Shown one piece after another: positions 25,068 to 36,474 of a stretch of 64,000 bases of DNA (the first letter of the stretch is position 1; every line of letters starts with the position of its first letter). The notes under the pieces were generated by a model, which saw only the letters and a list, made by a program, of their open reading frames with translations, searched no databases and was not told where the DNA came from. The DNA comes from Octopus sinensis (taxonomy: Eukaryota). The stretch is taken from NCBI RefSeq assembly GCF_006345805.1, contig NC_042999.1, forward strand, positions 110,422,001-110,486,000, given 5' to 3'. The position numbers were made by a program, and so were the translations under genes.

Positions 25068-25207
25068 TATATATATAGTGGCATACGTACACTTTGCTCT
25101 CTTATATATATATGAGAGCAAAGTGTACGTATGCCACTATATATATATATATATATATATAAAATACAAAATGGGACGAGAACGCATATATATATATATA
25201 TATATAT

Positions 25208-25239
<32 letters not shown>

Positions 25240-25242
25240 GTC

Positions 25243-25435
25243 GGGTGGCACGTAAAAAGCACCCACTACACTCACGGAGTGGTTGGCATTAGGAAGGGCA
25301 TCCAGCCGTAGAAACACTGCCAGATTTGACTGGGCCTGATGAAGCCTTCTGGCTTCACAGACCCCAGTAGAACCGTCCAACCCATGCTAGCATGGAAAAC
25401 GGACGCTAAACGATGATGATGATGATGATGATGAT
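25243..25435 (+). mobile_element. RTE 3' end (family C)
   Basis: Same conserved 3' UTR and (GAT)n tail. Confidence 0.85.
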
Positions 25436-25889
25436 ATATATATATAAGCCGTCCAATCAGGCGGATTCTAAGCTAGTATGTAGCTTTTAAGCATCTAACC
25501 CTGAATGGGAAAATCTGCAAACAGATCACTGACTTGTTTTGGAGAGGTTGTTGTAATTGCTTTCTCCAGAGTCATGTCCCAATGATGATAATATTCGTCA
25601 CTAAAAATCATGAAATAAATATCGCTGAAAACAGTCACAGTAAAGAAGATATAAGAATCCAAAATTTCAGGATTGCAGGTCTGGATTTGGCCTGGAATGT
25701 TTTTTATATACTCACGGAGTCAGCCTGATTTCAAAATGGCATATCATGTTGGGCTACGGCCTCTGGGAGTAAAGTTGAAAAAGTATTACATACTAACATT
25801 CACATTTATTATATTAGATATATTTAATTTTGGGGAAACTGTATTTCAATTAAAGTGTATTTTATATATGTATATATATATATATATAT

Positions 25890-26188
25890 ATCATCATCAT
25901 CATCGTTTAACGTCCGCTTTCCATGCTAGCATGGGTTGGACGGTTCAACTGGGGTCTGGGAAGCCAGAAGGCTGCACCAGGCCCAGTCTGATCTGGCAGT
26001 GTTTCTACAGCTGGATGCCCTTCCTAATGCCAACCACTCCGTGAATGTAGTGAGTGCTTTTTATGTGCCACCCGCACAGGTGCCAGACGAGGCTGGAAAA
26101 CGGCCACGATTGGATGGTGCTTTTTACGTGCCACCAGCACGGAGGCCAGTCAGGGCGGCGCTGGCTACGGCCAGTCAAGGCAGAGCTG
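25890..26188 (-). mobile_element. RTE 3' end with two ~60-bp monomers
   Basis: (CAT)n tail, CTGGATGCCCTTCCTAATGCCAACCAC, repeated GGTGCTTTTTACGTGCCAC. Confidence 0.85.
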
Positions 26189-26917
26189 GTGTGTGTGTGT
26201 GTATGTGTATGTATATGTATATATGTACACCCCACCTCACACATACATATATATGTATGTATTAAAGAAAGTAAAAAATAAACAAAAATGATAGTGCTCA
26301 GTAGTTGGATCAGTATGCTGGCCACAGGAATTTCTGTCCAGGAAAGTTGTACATCATCTTTCTCTTTCTCACACATACCCACTCTCTCTCTCTTATTATT
26401 ACTCCCCTTGCTACCATCAACACTGCTACTCATCAACTCTCCCTAAATTTCTTTGTCTCTCTTTCTCTCCCTCTCCTTTTCTTTCTTTCTTTCTCTCTCT
26501 CTCTCTCCCTCTCTCTGTCTGTCTTCGCCACTGCTCTCACAGTCTCTATGCTTACTATTACTCTTACCTCAGCACACTGACACACAGAAATTAGTTTTCG
26601 CATTTATTATATTAGATGTATGTACTTGTGTGTGTGTATGTGTGTGTATGTGTGTATGTGCGTGTGTGTGTGTTTGTAACTGTGTTTTCACCCCTAACTG
26701 CTTGACAACCAGTGTTGGTGTGTTTATGTCCCCTAACTTAGAAGTTCAGCAAAAGAGACCAATAGAATAAGTACTAGGCTTAAAAACTAAGTACTGGGTT
26801 CGATTCATTCAACTAAAAATTCAAGGTGATGCCCCAGCATCGCCTCAGTTTATTGACTGAAACAAATAAAAGACAAAAGATAAAAGGTACACATACATTT
26901 ATATATATGCATTTGTA

Positions 26918-26955
<38 letters not shown>

Positions 26956-27095
26956 TTTTTTTCCTTTATTTTATTTTTTAATTCTTTCCTTTTGTTTCCC
27001 AAACTGCTCCATTTTATTTATTTTGTGCATGTGTGTGTGTGTTTTGTATTTGACTGCCTACCGTATTTTGTTGTACATGTAGCTTCATGTAATTT

Positions 27096-27480
27096 CGATG
27101 GAAATTGTAGCTGTGATACCAGTGCCGGTGACATGTAAAAAGCACCATCCGATCGTGGCCGTTTGCCAGCCTCGCCTGGCCTCCATGCCAGTGGCACGTA
27201 AAAAGCACCATCCAATCGTGGCTGTTGCCAGCCTCGCCTGGCCTCCATGCCGGTGGCACGTAAAAAGCACCATCCAATCGTGGCCATTTGCCAGCCTCGT
27301 CTGGCACATAAAAAGCACCCACTACACTCATGGAGTGGTTGGCGTTAGGAAGGGCATCCAGCCGTAGAAACATTGCCAGATCAGACTGTGCCTGGTGCAG
27401 CCTTCTGGCTTCCCAGACCCCAGTCAAACCGTCCAACCCATGCTAGCATGGAAAGCGGACGCTAAACGATGATGATGATG
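27096..27480 (+). mobile_element. RTE 3' end with about four ~60-bp monomers
   Basis: GGCACGTAAAAAGCACCATCC(A/G)ATCGTGGC units precede the conserved tail. Confidence 0.85.
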
Positions 27481-27725
27481 ATATATATATATGTCTCTAT
27501 GTTGTACATGTGTGTGTGTGTATTTTATTTCTTTTCTTTCTCTTAAGTTACAACAGTGAAAGCTCATTAATCATTTTCTCTAAACTAGAATGTATGCTTT
27601 CCACATTCATATTTGAATTTTTTGCATTTCAACAATTTTTCTCTGATTTTATTCATTCTCAAAATTTGATGGACATATAGCAGTACATAAGCTGACTCAA
27701 GAAATCTCTAGTGAGACTTTATATT

Positions 27726-27772
27726 GATGTATCTGAAGAGACCCAGAATGGGTTGAAACATGTATTGTAATC
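27726..27772 (+). ncRNA. Type I minimal hammerhead ribozyme motif, catalytic core intact
   Basis: CTGAAGA (27733-39), stem II GACCC/GGGTT with loop AGAAT, GAAA (27755-58), palindromic stem III ACATGT, GTA triplet (27762-64). Stem I is imperfect (GATGTAT/TTGTAATC). Confidence 0.6.
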
Positions 27773-28330
27773 ATATGGAAGATATATTTGGGAAAATAAA
27801 TCTATCTTCACCACTCACACCTCCTGACTTTATGCTTTTTATTTGTAAATATATAAATATCTATATGCATGTTTGTTTATGTATATAGCAGGTTTCTGTA
27901 CAGTTTCCATCAACCAAATTTCTCTGAAAAATCATGCAGTGAGATTGAACTCAGTATCAGAACATAGTTATAAAGTCAACTTCTTAACCGTACAGCTATG
28001 GTTTAGAGATTCCTTTTTATATGAAGGCAGGGACTGATTTGAGGATTATTTAGCAGTTATTTCTACCTTTTTGTTTGACCACACGGAGGACCCCTTGTTG
28101 GCTTATTAAACAGTCTGTTGTATTTTATTGGCTACAAAGGAATTATGGGACATATAGCCGTTTATCTCTGTCCTTGGTTCAGGCTTGTTTCTATGATCTC
28201 TAGGGAGGAAGGTCAGCCGACTGGACCGATAAGGCAAATAATTAGATAGACTACATTTCACATTTCACACAAGCAATGTTCAAAGTCACTGGTTATTGGT
28301 GCAGGCATGTGTATGTATATATATATATTA

Positions 28331-28363
<33 letters not shown>

Positions 28364-28521
28364 TGTGTTTGAGTGTGTTTTATTCATGTGTGTACATATA
28401 TATGTATGCATGTATGTGAATATGTGTATGTAAGTGTGGTGAGGAAAGCCTCTGTATGTTTGAGATAATATTTATTTGTAATCTTTTCGTGTATATATTT
28501 ATACATGCAAGTGTATGTGTG

Positions 28522-28596
<75 letters not shown>

Positions 28597-28605
28597 CTAA
28601 GTCTG

Positions 28606-28641
<36 letters not shown>

Positions 28642-28659
28642 GCTAGCTATCTATCCATA

Positions 28660-28690
<31 letters not shown>

Positions 28691-29658
28691 GCATATCTAT
28701 GTCTGTCTGTCTGTCTCTCTATATATATGTATATCTCCACACACACATAAATATTTTACTTACACACACAAACACATATACGCACATACATATACACTCA
28801 CACATACACACAAGCTCATACATACGCACACACGTATCATATATATTTGAAGTAGATAAATATTAAATGAGATTAATCGAAGTAAGCAAAAATTAAATTA
28901 ATAGATATAATAAAGAAAATCTAAACTATTAAAATAATATTATGATAGTGGAAATAAAGTTACTTTAGTGACAGGTATTTCGTTATGCTTGTGACACTAG
29001 TCACTAATATATATTTGCATGGGTGGGACTAAGGGAGAAAGAACTGTGGACAGGTATGTTATTTGAAGTTGTTTCTATATCTGGAAGAATGGAGAGGGTG
29101 TTCAAGAAAGGTGTGGTAGGCAGCAAGGTCTGATTGGGTATGATGCAAGTTGCACAAGGTGGAGCAATATGGAGATCAGGTGATAGGATGGAGCAATGGG
29201 GAGGTGGAGCAATGGAGAGAACAGATGATAGAATGGAAGGTTAGTTGAGGAATTGGTGGCCAATTGTGTGATGAGTATAGGACAAGAGGGAAGGTGTTAT
29301 GGTCAATAGCTAGGGCATGATGGTAAGTAGTATCGATGGTTGGTTGGGGGGTCACTTCCATTACAGCTTTGAGGAAATAATTGTTAAAATCAAACTGCAC
29401 TCTTCAAAACTTGCACTAAGAATAAGTACAAGGTAAAATTACTACCTACTTTCATGGCAAGTTGATGCAGGTAGTTTATCCCATCCCCCTTCAACTTTTA
29501 GTTCATGCAATTGAAAATCCTGCATTAGTTATGAGATAACCCAATACGTATACATTTATATATATATGTATAGCGAAAATTTACTAAAAAACAAAAGACG
29601 AAGATGGGTGTGTAAACAATGAACAGATGTATTAGTTTAACACTCGGGAAGTGAGAAA

Positions 29659-29697
29659 GTCTTTAACATTTTGAGCCTGGGCTCTTCGACAGAAAGG
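29659..29697 (-). ncRNA. Degenerate hammerhead motif, same family as 18072-18106
   Basis: Minus strand: CCTTT-CTGTCGA-A-GAGC-CCAG-GCTC-AAAA-TGTT-AAAG. The core differs at A6, G12 and the stem III C. Confidence 0.45.
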
Positions 29698-29832
29698 AAC
29701 ACAGAAATAAACAGTAAGAAAATAGAAAAAGGTTTAGTGGCTAGCAATCTATCATGGCAAAAATGATATATATAGACAGATAAATAGATATACATACATA
29801 TAATATATATTTGTGTATATATATGCATATAT

Positions 29833-30070
29833 ATGACATAGTGGTTAAGAGCATGGGCTACTAACCCCAAGATTCCGAGTTCAATTCTAGACAGTGACCT
29901 TAATAATAATAATAATAATAACATCAAAAAATACCTTAAGAATGAGAACCTAGGTTCAAAATTTCCCTAAGACACCTGAAGAGGCTGGACGGTCTATCAG
30001 CCAAAACGTTGTGTTAACAACAAACAAGATGAGGACAAATAGCCGTCAAATGTAAATAATGTAAATAATT
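29833..30070 (+). mobile_element. SINE-like element: tRNA-derived head, (TAA)n, hammerhead motif, (GTAAATAAT)n tail
   Basis: A-box TGACATAGTGG (29834-44), anticodon-like arm TGGG-CTACTAA-CCC, B-box GTTCAATTC (29879-87). The hammerhead reads GACAC-CTGAAGA-GGCTG-loop-CAGCC-AAAA-CGTT-GTGTT (29971-30015). Confidence 0.7.
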
Positions 30071-30098
30071 CCTCATCACTTAAATATAGAAATGTATT

Positions 30099-30402
30099 AT
30101 AGAAGCAGAAGTATTATGTGAAATTAATTTTAACGATATCATCAAGCACTTTGCAATTAAAAAAAATAAGTAAAGGAGAAAACTTTTCAAGTATGAATAA
30201 AGTGGAAGCATACAAAAATAAACATTATTTTCCATCTTACTGTTAGTTTTGTTTCATTTTGAAAAATGAGAATTTATTGTATGGTTTAATATCGCTTATA
30301 GTTTGAATTCTTTTTGTTTACACTTTGAACCATTTACATATACTTGAGGGCACCAAAACCTTTTAAGTGCTTAGGGCCTCTATGGGTCATAATCCATCTC
30401 TT
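30099..30402 (+). mobile_element. hAT transposon 3' relic (dimerisation-domain end plus TIR)
   Basis: 30099-30173 reads IEAEVLCEINFNDIIKHFAIKKNK*, resembling the hAT C-terminal IE....IDFDDII..FA.KK motif. AGGGCCTCTATGGGTCATAATCCATCTCT resembles a hAT-Tip100-type right end. Confidence 0.5.
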
Positions 30403-30666
30403 GTACTGTGTTCAACAACGGTATGACAGTCCAGGAAGACTCTCAGAGCACACCTCGTGACAATAAACGTATGGAGGAACTTAACATTAGTAGAACTTGA
30501 GGAAGTCCACTGGGGAAGGAAAAGGAATTGAAAAAGACTGAAAAGCATGGTTGTGATTGGGGGAAGCTGGTTGAGGTGTTTAGGGAGGAGTTCAGTAGGG
30601 CAGTTTCAGACAGATGGAGTGGCCAAGGAAGTAGCTAGATGAGTGACAGGGATTGACTAAATACTA

Positions 30667-30707
<41 letters not shown>

Positions 30708-31213
30708 ACACACACACACTGCATACATATACATTCAGAAAGAGAGAGAGAGCAGTTATATAGAGAGACAAAGTGAAGCAGATATATCATCATCATCATC
30801 ATCATCAATTAATGTCCGATTTCCATGCTGGCACAGGTTGTACGGTTTGACAGGAGCTGGCAAGGCCAATAGCCACACCAGATTCCATAGTCTGTTTTTG
30901 CCTGGGTTTCTATAGCTTTATACCTTTTCTGATGCCAACCGCTTTACAGAGTGTACAGGTGATTATTACATTGCTTGAACACCAGTGCTTTTTGCGTGGC
31001 ACCATCACCAATATTTTATATTAGGAACCACCACCAGTTCCTCTTACATAATATCTCTTTGTTTGTCTTTCTAACTGTCTCTCTGTCTGCCTGTCTGGCT
31101 GTCTGCCTGTGTATCTACCTATCTGTCTGCCTATCTATTTGCATATTTGTATTTGTATGTTTGTATGTATGTATGTATATGTATGTATAAATATCTATCT
31201 ATCTATCAATCTA

Positions 31214-31250
<37 letters not shown>

Positions 31251-31790
31251 ATATATATATATACACACACACATATATATATACATATATATACATACAT
31301 ATATATATATCCATATACATATACATATGTTTATATAATATATGCACATAGATGTATGTACATATATATTTACAAATGTACTTGCGTATATGTGTGCGTT
31401 AGTTTGCGAGCACTAGAGATGTATGCTTGTGTCTGTGTGTGCACACATCTATATGTGTGCTTGTGTGTGCTTGTGTCTGTGTGTGTGTATGTGTGTGTGT
31501 GTGTGTATACATGTGTCTAGAAGATTCTGTATTAGTTACACACACATATTCCCTTCAACACTCTAAAGAATGCAGCACAACATAATTATTTGCTAGCACA
31601 GCTGATTGCATTATAATCACTGGTGAACGTTGCTGCCAAAAAGAGTTGGTGCTGACACTGGAGAAGTAACACTTTCTGAAGACATCTTGAGACAGCTGAA
31701 GAAATGTTAAGCTGACAGGACGCTGCTTATACGGGCGAGTCAAGAGACTAAGTTTTGTTTAGATTAAATTGTGTGTGTTTGTGTGTGTGA

Positions 31791-31850
<60 letters not shown>

Positions 31851-32037
31851 ACGTGTGGTTAGATGGTGGTGTTGGTGGTGTCTGTGTGTATACACATACA
31901 TTCATACATACATACACATGCATATACAGTGACTCACACACAGTGACACACATACACACACACGTACCTATGTATTTGTAGCTTTCTCTGTTGTATATAT
32001 GAATATATATGTTTGTATGTGTGTGTATGTATTTATA

Positions 32038-32080
<43 letters not shown>

Positions 32081-32322
32081 CTTTGTCCGTGTGTATATAT
32101 GGCAAGAGAGACAGGAAGGAAATTGTTAGCTATATATATATGTATACCTAACTACATGTATAATTATTTATTATGCATACATGCACACAGGCACACGTAC
32201 ACATGCATCTGCATACATGATATGAATATGTATATACACACATATATGTATACATATGCTTATATATTCACATGTACATATACATATATATATATACATA
32301 ATATATATTAATATATATATAT

Positions 32323-32380
<58 letters not shown>

Positions 32381-33024
32381 GTGGTATACATTTATACACA
32401 CACATACATACAGACTCATAGACACATATACACATACTTTTTAATCACTCTCTCTCTCTCTCTGGAGAGTTATGTGTACAAGTAAATTATTTGCTTTCTC
32501 TGTGTGCTGTGAGTGAGGACCAATTTTGATGATATTAAAACTAAGTTTGGCAGATAGAGTTCTGAAAGTTAAGTAGCAGCAATCTAGTATGCTAGGTAAA
32601 TAGGGAACTGTTTTGGTCGGGGGGCAGTGGAACCATCTGAGAATTTCAGTCAGGAGCTTCTGGCAAATTAGATGTCACTTTATTGACTTTGAATAGTAAA
32701 TCTTATACTCCACAGTACTACAATTTTGTTTGTTTGGAATGTAGTTCTGTTGATTTTTGAACTTAAAACCTATATAGAATCTGTAGGTCATCTACAATGA
32801 TTTAAATGTATGAGATAATCTCAATAATCGTGTCAGGTTTGATTCCTTGTTAGAGACATTTCATGTTAACCATATTGTTAATGTCCTACGCAAAACAGTC
32901 AAAGAATTCTGAGAAAAGTTTGAAATTGGAATTATGTGGGTTCTATCAATGAATTGGCAGATATTGTTAGTTGAGAAAGTAAGTAGGTAAGGGATTTGGC
33001 AATATCTGTTAAGTTATGGAATCT

Positions 33025-33057
<33 letters not shown>

Positions 33058-33377
33058 TTCATCCTCATCCTCATCCTCATCATCATGCTCATCCTCATCA
33101 TCATCATCATCATCATCATCATTTAACATTCATTATCCATGTTGTCATGGATTGGACGGTTTGACCCAGGGTAGTAAGTTGAGGGGCTGCACCAGACTCC
33201 AGTCTGATTTGGCATGATTTCAACAATTGGATGCCCTTCCTAACACCAACCACTCGACGAGTGCAATGGGTGTTTTCACATGCCTCTGGTATGGGTGCCA
33301 GTCGCATGACACCAATATCTGCCATGACTATGATTTCATTTGGCTTGATGGATCTTCCTTCTGAAGCACAGTATATT

Positions 33378-33961
33378 CTTTTCTACTCTAAGCACATGGC
33401 CCGAAATGTTTGGGAAGGGCACCAGTCGATTAGGTCAACCCCAGTACACAACTGATACTTTAATTTATCGAGCCCAAAAGGATGAAAGGCAAAGTCGACC
33501 TTGGTGGAATTTGAACTCAGAATATAAAGACAGACGAAATATCTATTTCTTTACTACCCATAAGGGGCTAAACACAGAGAGGATAAAAAAGGACAGACAA
33601 ACAGATTAAGTCGATTATATCGACCCCAGTGCGTTACTGGTACTTATTTAATCGACCCCGAAAGGATAAAAGGAAAAGTCAACCTCAGCCAAATTTGAAC
33701 TCAGAATGTAGCGGCAGATGAAATACCTATTTCTTTACTACCCACAAGGGGCTAAACACAGAGAGGACAAACAAGGACAGACATAGGTATTAAGTTGATT
33801 ATATCGACCCCATTGTGTAACTGGTACTTATTTAATCGACCTCGAAAGGATGAAAGGCAAAGTCAACCTCGGCAGAATTTGAACTCAGAATGTAGCAGCA
33901 GACGAAATACCGCTAAGCATTTCACCCGGCATGCTAACGTTTCTGACAGCTCGCCATCTTC
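33378..33961 (-). mobile_element. SINE B trimer inside a single 14-bp TSD
   Basis: AAGCACAGTATATT at 33364-33377 and 33962-33975. Three bodies are joined at GAAATA(C/T) in the head. Confidence 0.85.
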
Positions 33962-34103
33962 AAGCACAGTATATTGCCAAAGGTCTCAGTCATTTGTCAT
34001 TACCTCCAAGAGGCTCAGTGCTCAAAAGGTGCTTCTTACATGCCACTGGCATGGCTGCTAGTTCTGTGACACCAGCATTGGTCACATAGCCTCAATGAGA
34101 CCC

Positions 34104-34466
34104 AATGCTCAAAAGGTGCTTTTTACGTCACTGGCATGGGTGCAAGTTATGTGCACTAGCATCGGCCTAACACTGATATTGGCCAATTGGTTAATTTGTT
34201 CAGAATTTGAAAAATTGTCTTGTGGTATTTATTCTGAATTCCTTCACTTTATGTTCAAATCCTACTGAAATCAACTTCATATTTTATCTTTTTACTGTTT
34301 AAGTAGGATTTGAAAACATAGTGCAGGAATTCAGAATAAATACCACAAGGCAATTTTTCAAATTCTGAACAAATTAACCAATTGGCCAATATCGGTGTTA
34401 GGCCGATGCTGGTGCACATAACTTGCACCCATGCCAGTGGTATGTAAAAAGCACCTTTTGAGCATT
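34104..34466. repeat. Fold-back palindrome with 163/165-bp arms and a 35-nt spacer
   Basis: Arms 34104-34266 and 34302-34466 are reverse complements with about 10 differences (~94%). Confidence 0.95.
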
Positions 34467-34475
34467 TAGTATAGA

Positions 34476-34585
34476 TAGATATATCTATATCTATCTATAT
34501 ATCTATCTACCTATCTATCTATCTATCTATCAATCTAAATATCTATCTATCTATCAATCTAAATATCTATCTATCTATCTATCTG

Positions 34586-34660
<75 letters not shown>
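34476..34660. repeat. (CTAT)n tract
   Basis: Seen directly. Confidence 0.95.
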
Positions 34661-34662
<2 letters not shown>

Positions 34663-34697
34663 ATATATATATTTATATATATATATGTATATATCAA

Positions 34698-35083
34698 TAG
34701 GCATAGGAGTGGCTGTGTGGTAAGTAGCTTGCTTACCAACCACATGGTTTTGGGTTCAGTCCCACTGCGTGGCAAGTGTCTTCTACTATAGCCTTGTGCT
34801 GACCAAGCCTTGTGAGTGGATTTGGTAGACGGAAACTGAAAGAAGCCAGTCGTATATATGTATATGTATATATATATGTGTGTGTTTGTGTGTCTGTGTT
34901 TGTCTCCCCCAACATCGCTTGACAACTGATGCTGGTGTGTTTACGTCCCTGTAACTTAGCAGTTTGGTGAAAGAGGCCGATAAAATAAGTACTTACAAAG
35001 AATAAATCCTGAGGTCGATTTGCTCAACTAAAAGGCAGTGCTCCAGCATGGCCACAGTCGAATGACTGAAACAAGTAAAAGAG
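34698..35083 (+). mobile_element. SINE family A, full length
   Basis: Head-core-tail as in the other A copies. Confidence 0.9.
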
Positions 35084-35747
35084 AATACTGTTTGGGAAAC
35101 AGGAAGGATCTTAGACATGGAAGCTATAGTGATGAAAATATGATTCCAGGCTTTTCAAACCCTTGGAAGTCATACATACCTCTACTACTACAACTGCTGC
35201 TGCTGCTTCTACTACTACTACTGTAGTAATAGTAGTAGTTAGTAGTAGTACCATTATCATCAGAAGTTGTTAACTCTTCTTGGCTGTCAGAAACAATGTT
35301 AATCTTCCCCATTTCATTTCAAATATATTTTTTGCAAACATACACATACACATACACACAAAGACGCACACACACTCACACACACACACACACACATACA
35401 CATACACACATTCACACCACATATATACCCACATATCTGCACATAAATATCTATATATATAGTCACGCCCATGTTATGTATAAGAACTATATATACACAC
35501 ACATACATACATACACACACACATACATACATACACATATACATACATACATACATATACACGCACACTAAGTGCAAACATCCATATATACATAGAAGCA
35601 TCCACCCCTATCAGCCATCTGTTCTCTCCTTGTCTACTCATCTACTCTGCTCTCTCTCCTCCTTCTCTTTCCATGCTAGAACTATTCAGAGATTATCTAC
35701 TGAGATTTATGGGCTCACTACAAACTGATGACAACTGACTAGAACTG

Positions 35748-36010
35748 AACATCATCACAATCATCATCACAATCATCATTATTACTATCATCTGCAAACA
35801 TCATCATCATTACCACCACCACCACCACCACCACCACCACCGCCACAAACACCACAACCACCACAACCACCATCACCGCCACCGCTGCTGCCACTGCCAT
35901 CACCATCACCACCACCGCCACCACCACTGTTACCAATGTTGCAGTTGACATCATCATTGTCATCATCACTATCATCATTATCATTGGCAGCAGCAGCTGC
36001 AGTGGAAGCA
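35748..36010. repeat. Compound CAT/CAC/CAG trinucleotide tract
   Basis: Seen directly. Confidence 0.9.
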
Positions 36011-36432
36011 GTGGTTTGTGGCAATAGCCAATGTCTGAAGTGTTGGAAAAAAAAATTGTTTGGGAATCTTCCATATTTACCCTTTTTCTTTCACTCTTTG
36101 AGACACCAGCTTTAAGGATTCAGTCACTTTAAGGATTCAGTCTCTTACATCAACCCCTTTACTTTATAGAATGCTGAGTTGTGGGACATAGAACTGAATA
36201 TAAACAACACTTTTTAGACTGTAAATATAGATATGGACATTGACTGCCAAATACTTATATAGATGTATAAATATAAATATTATTTATGTGTATCAAAATT
36301 GTGGTGATTTTCAATTGACAACTGACGAAGGGTCAGACTTGTGCACGTCTGTCTGTGCTAATTTTCACTCGTTGACATACATACTCACATACATACACAC
36401 ATATATACTATTATACATGCGAGTATGCCTGC

Positions 36433-36472
<40 letters not shown>

Positions 36473-36474
36473 GT

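Noticed and set aside
25713-25759. 47-nt minus-strand exon with good splice sites
   Set aside because: All frames are closed from the acceptor and the segment looks like a DNA-transposon end.
29040-29400. Old LINE/PLE coding relic (also 30420-30650 and 12860-13250)
   Set aside because: There are only faint motif resemblances (FPLVL, PSV*N), not enough to classify by eye.
29833-29899. Functional tRNA gene
   Set aside because: There is no acceptor stem or oligo-T terminator, and it continues into a repeat body. It is treated as a SINE head, as are the heads of families A, B and D.
36330-36355. Hammerhead relic CTGACGAAGGG...ACGTC
   Set aside because: GAAA and stem II pairing are missing. It is too decayed to support.
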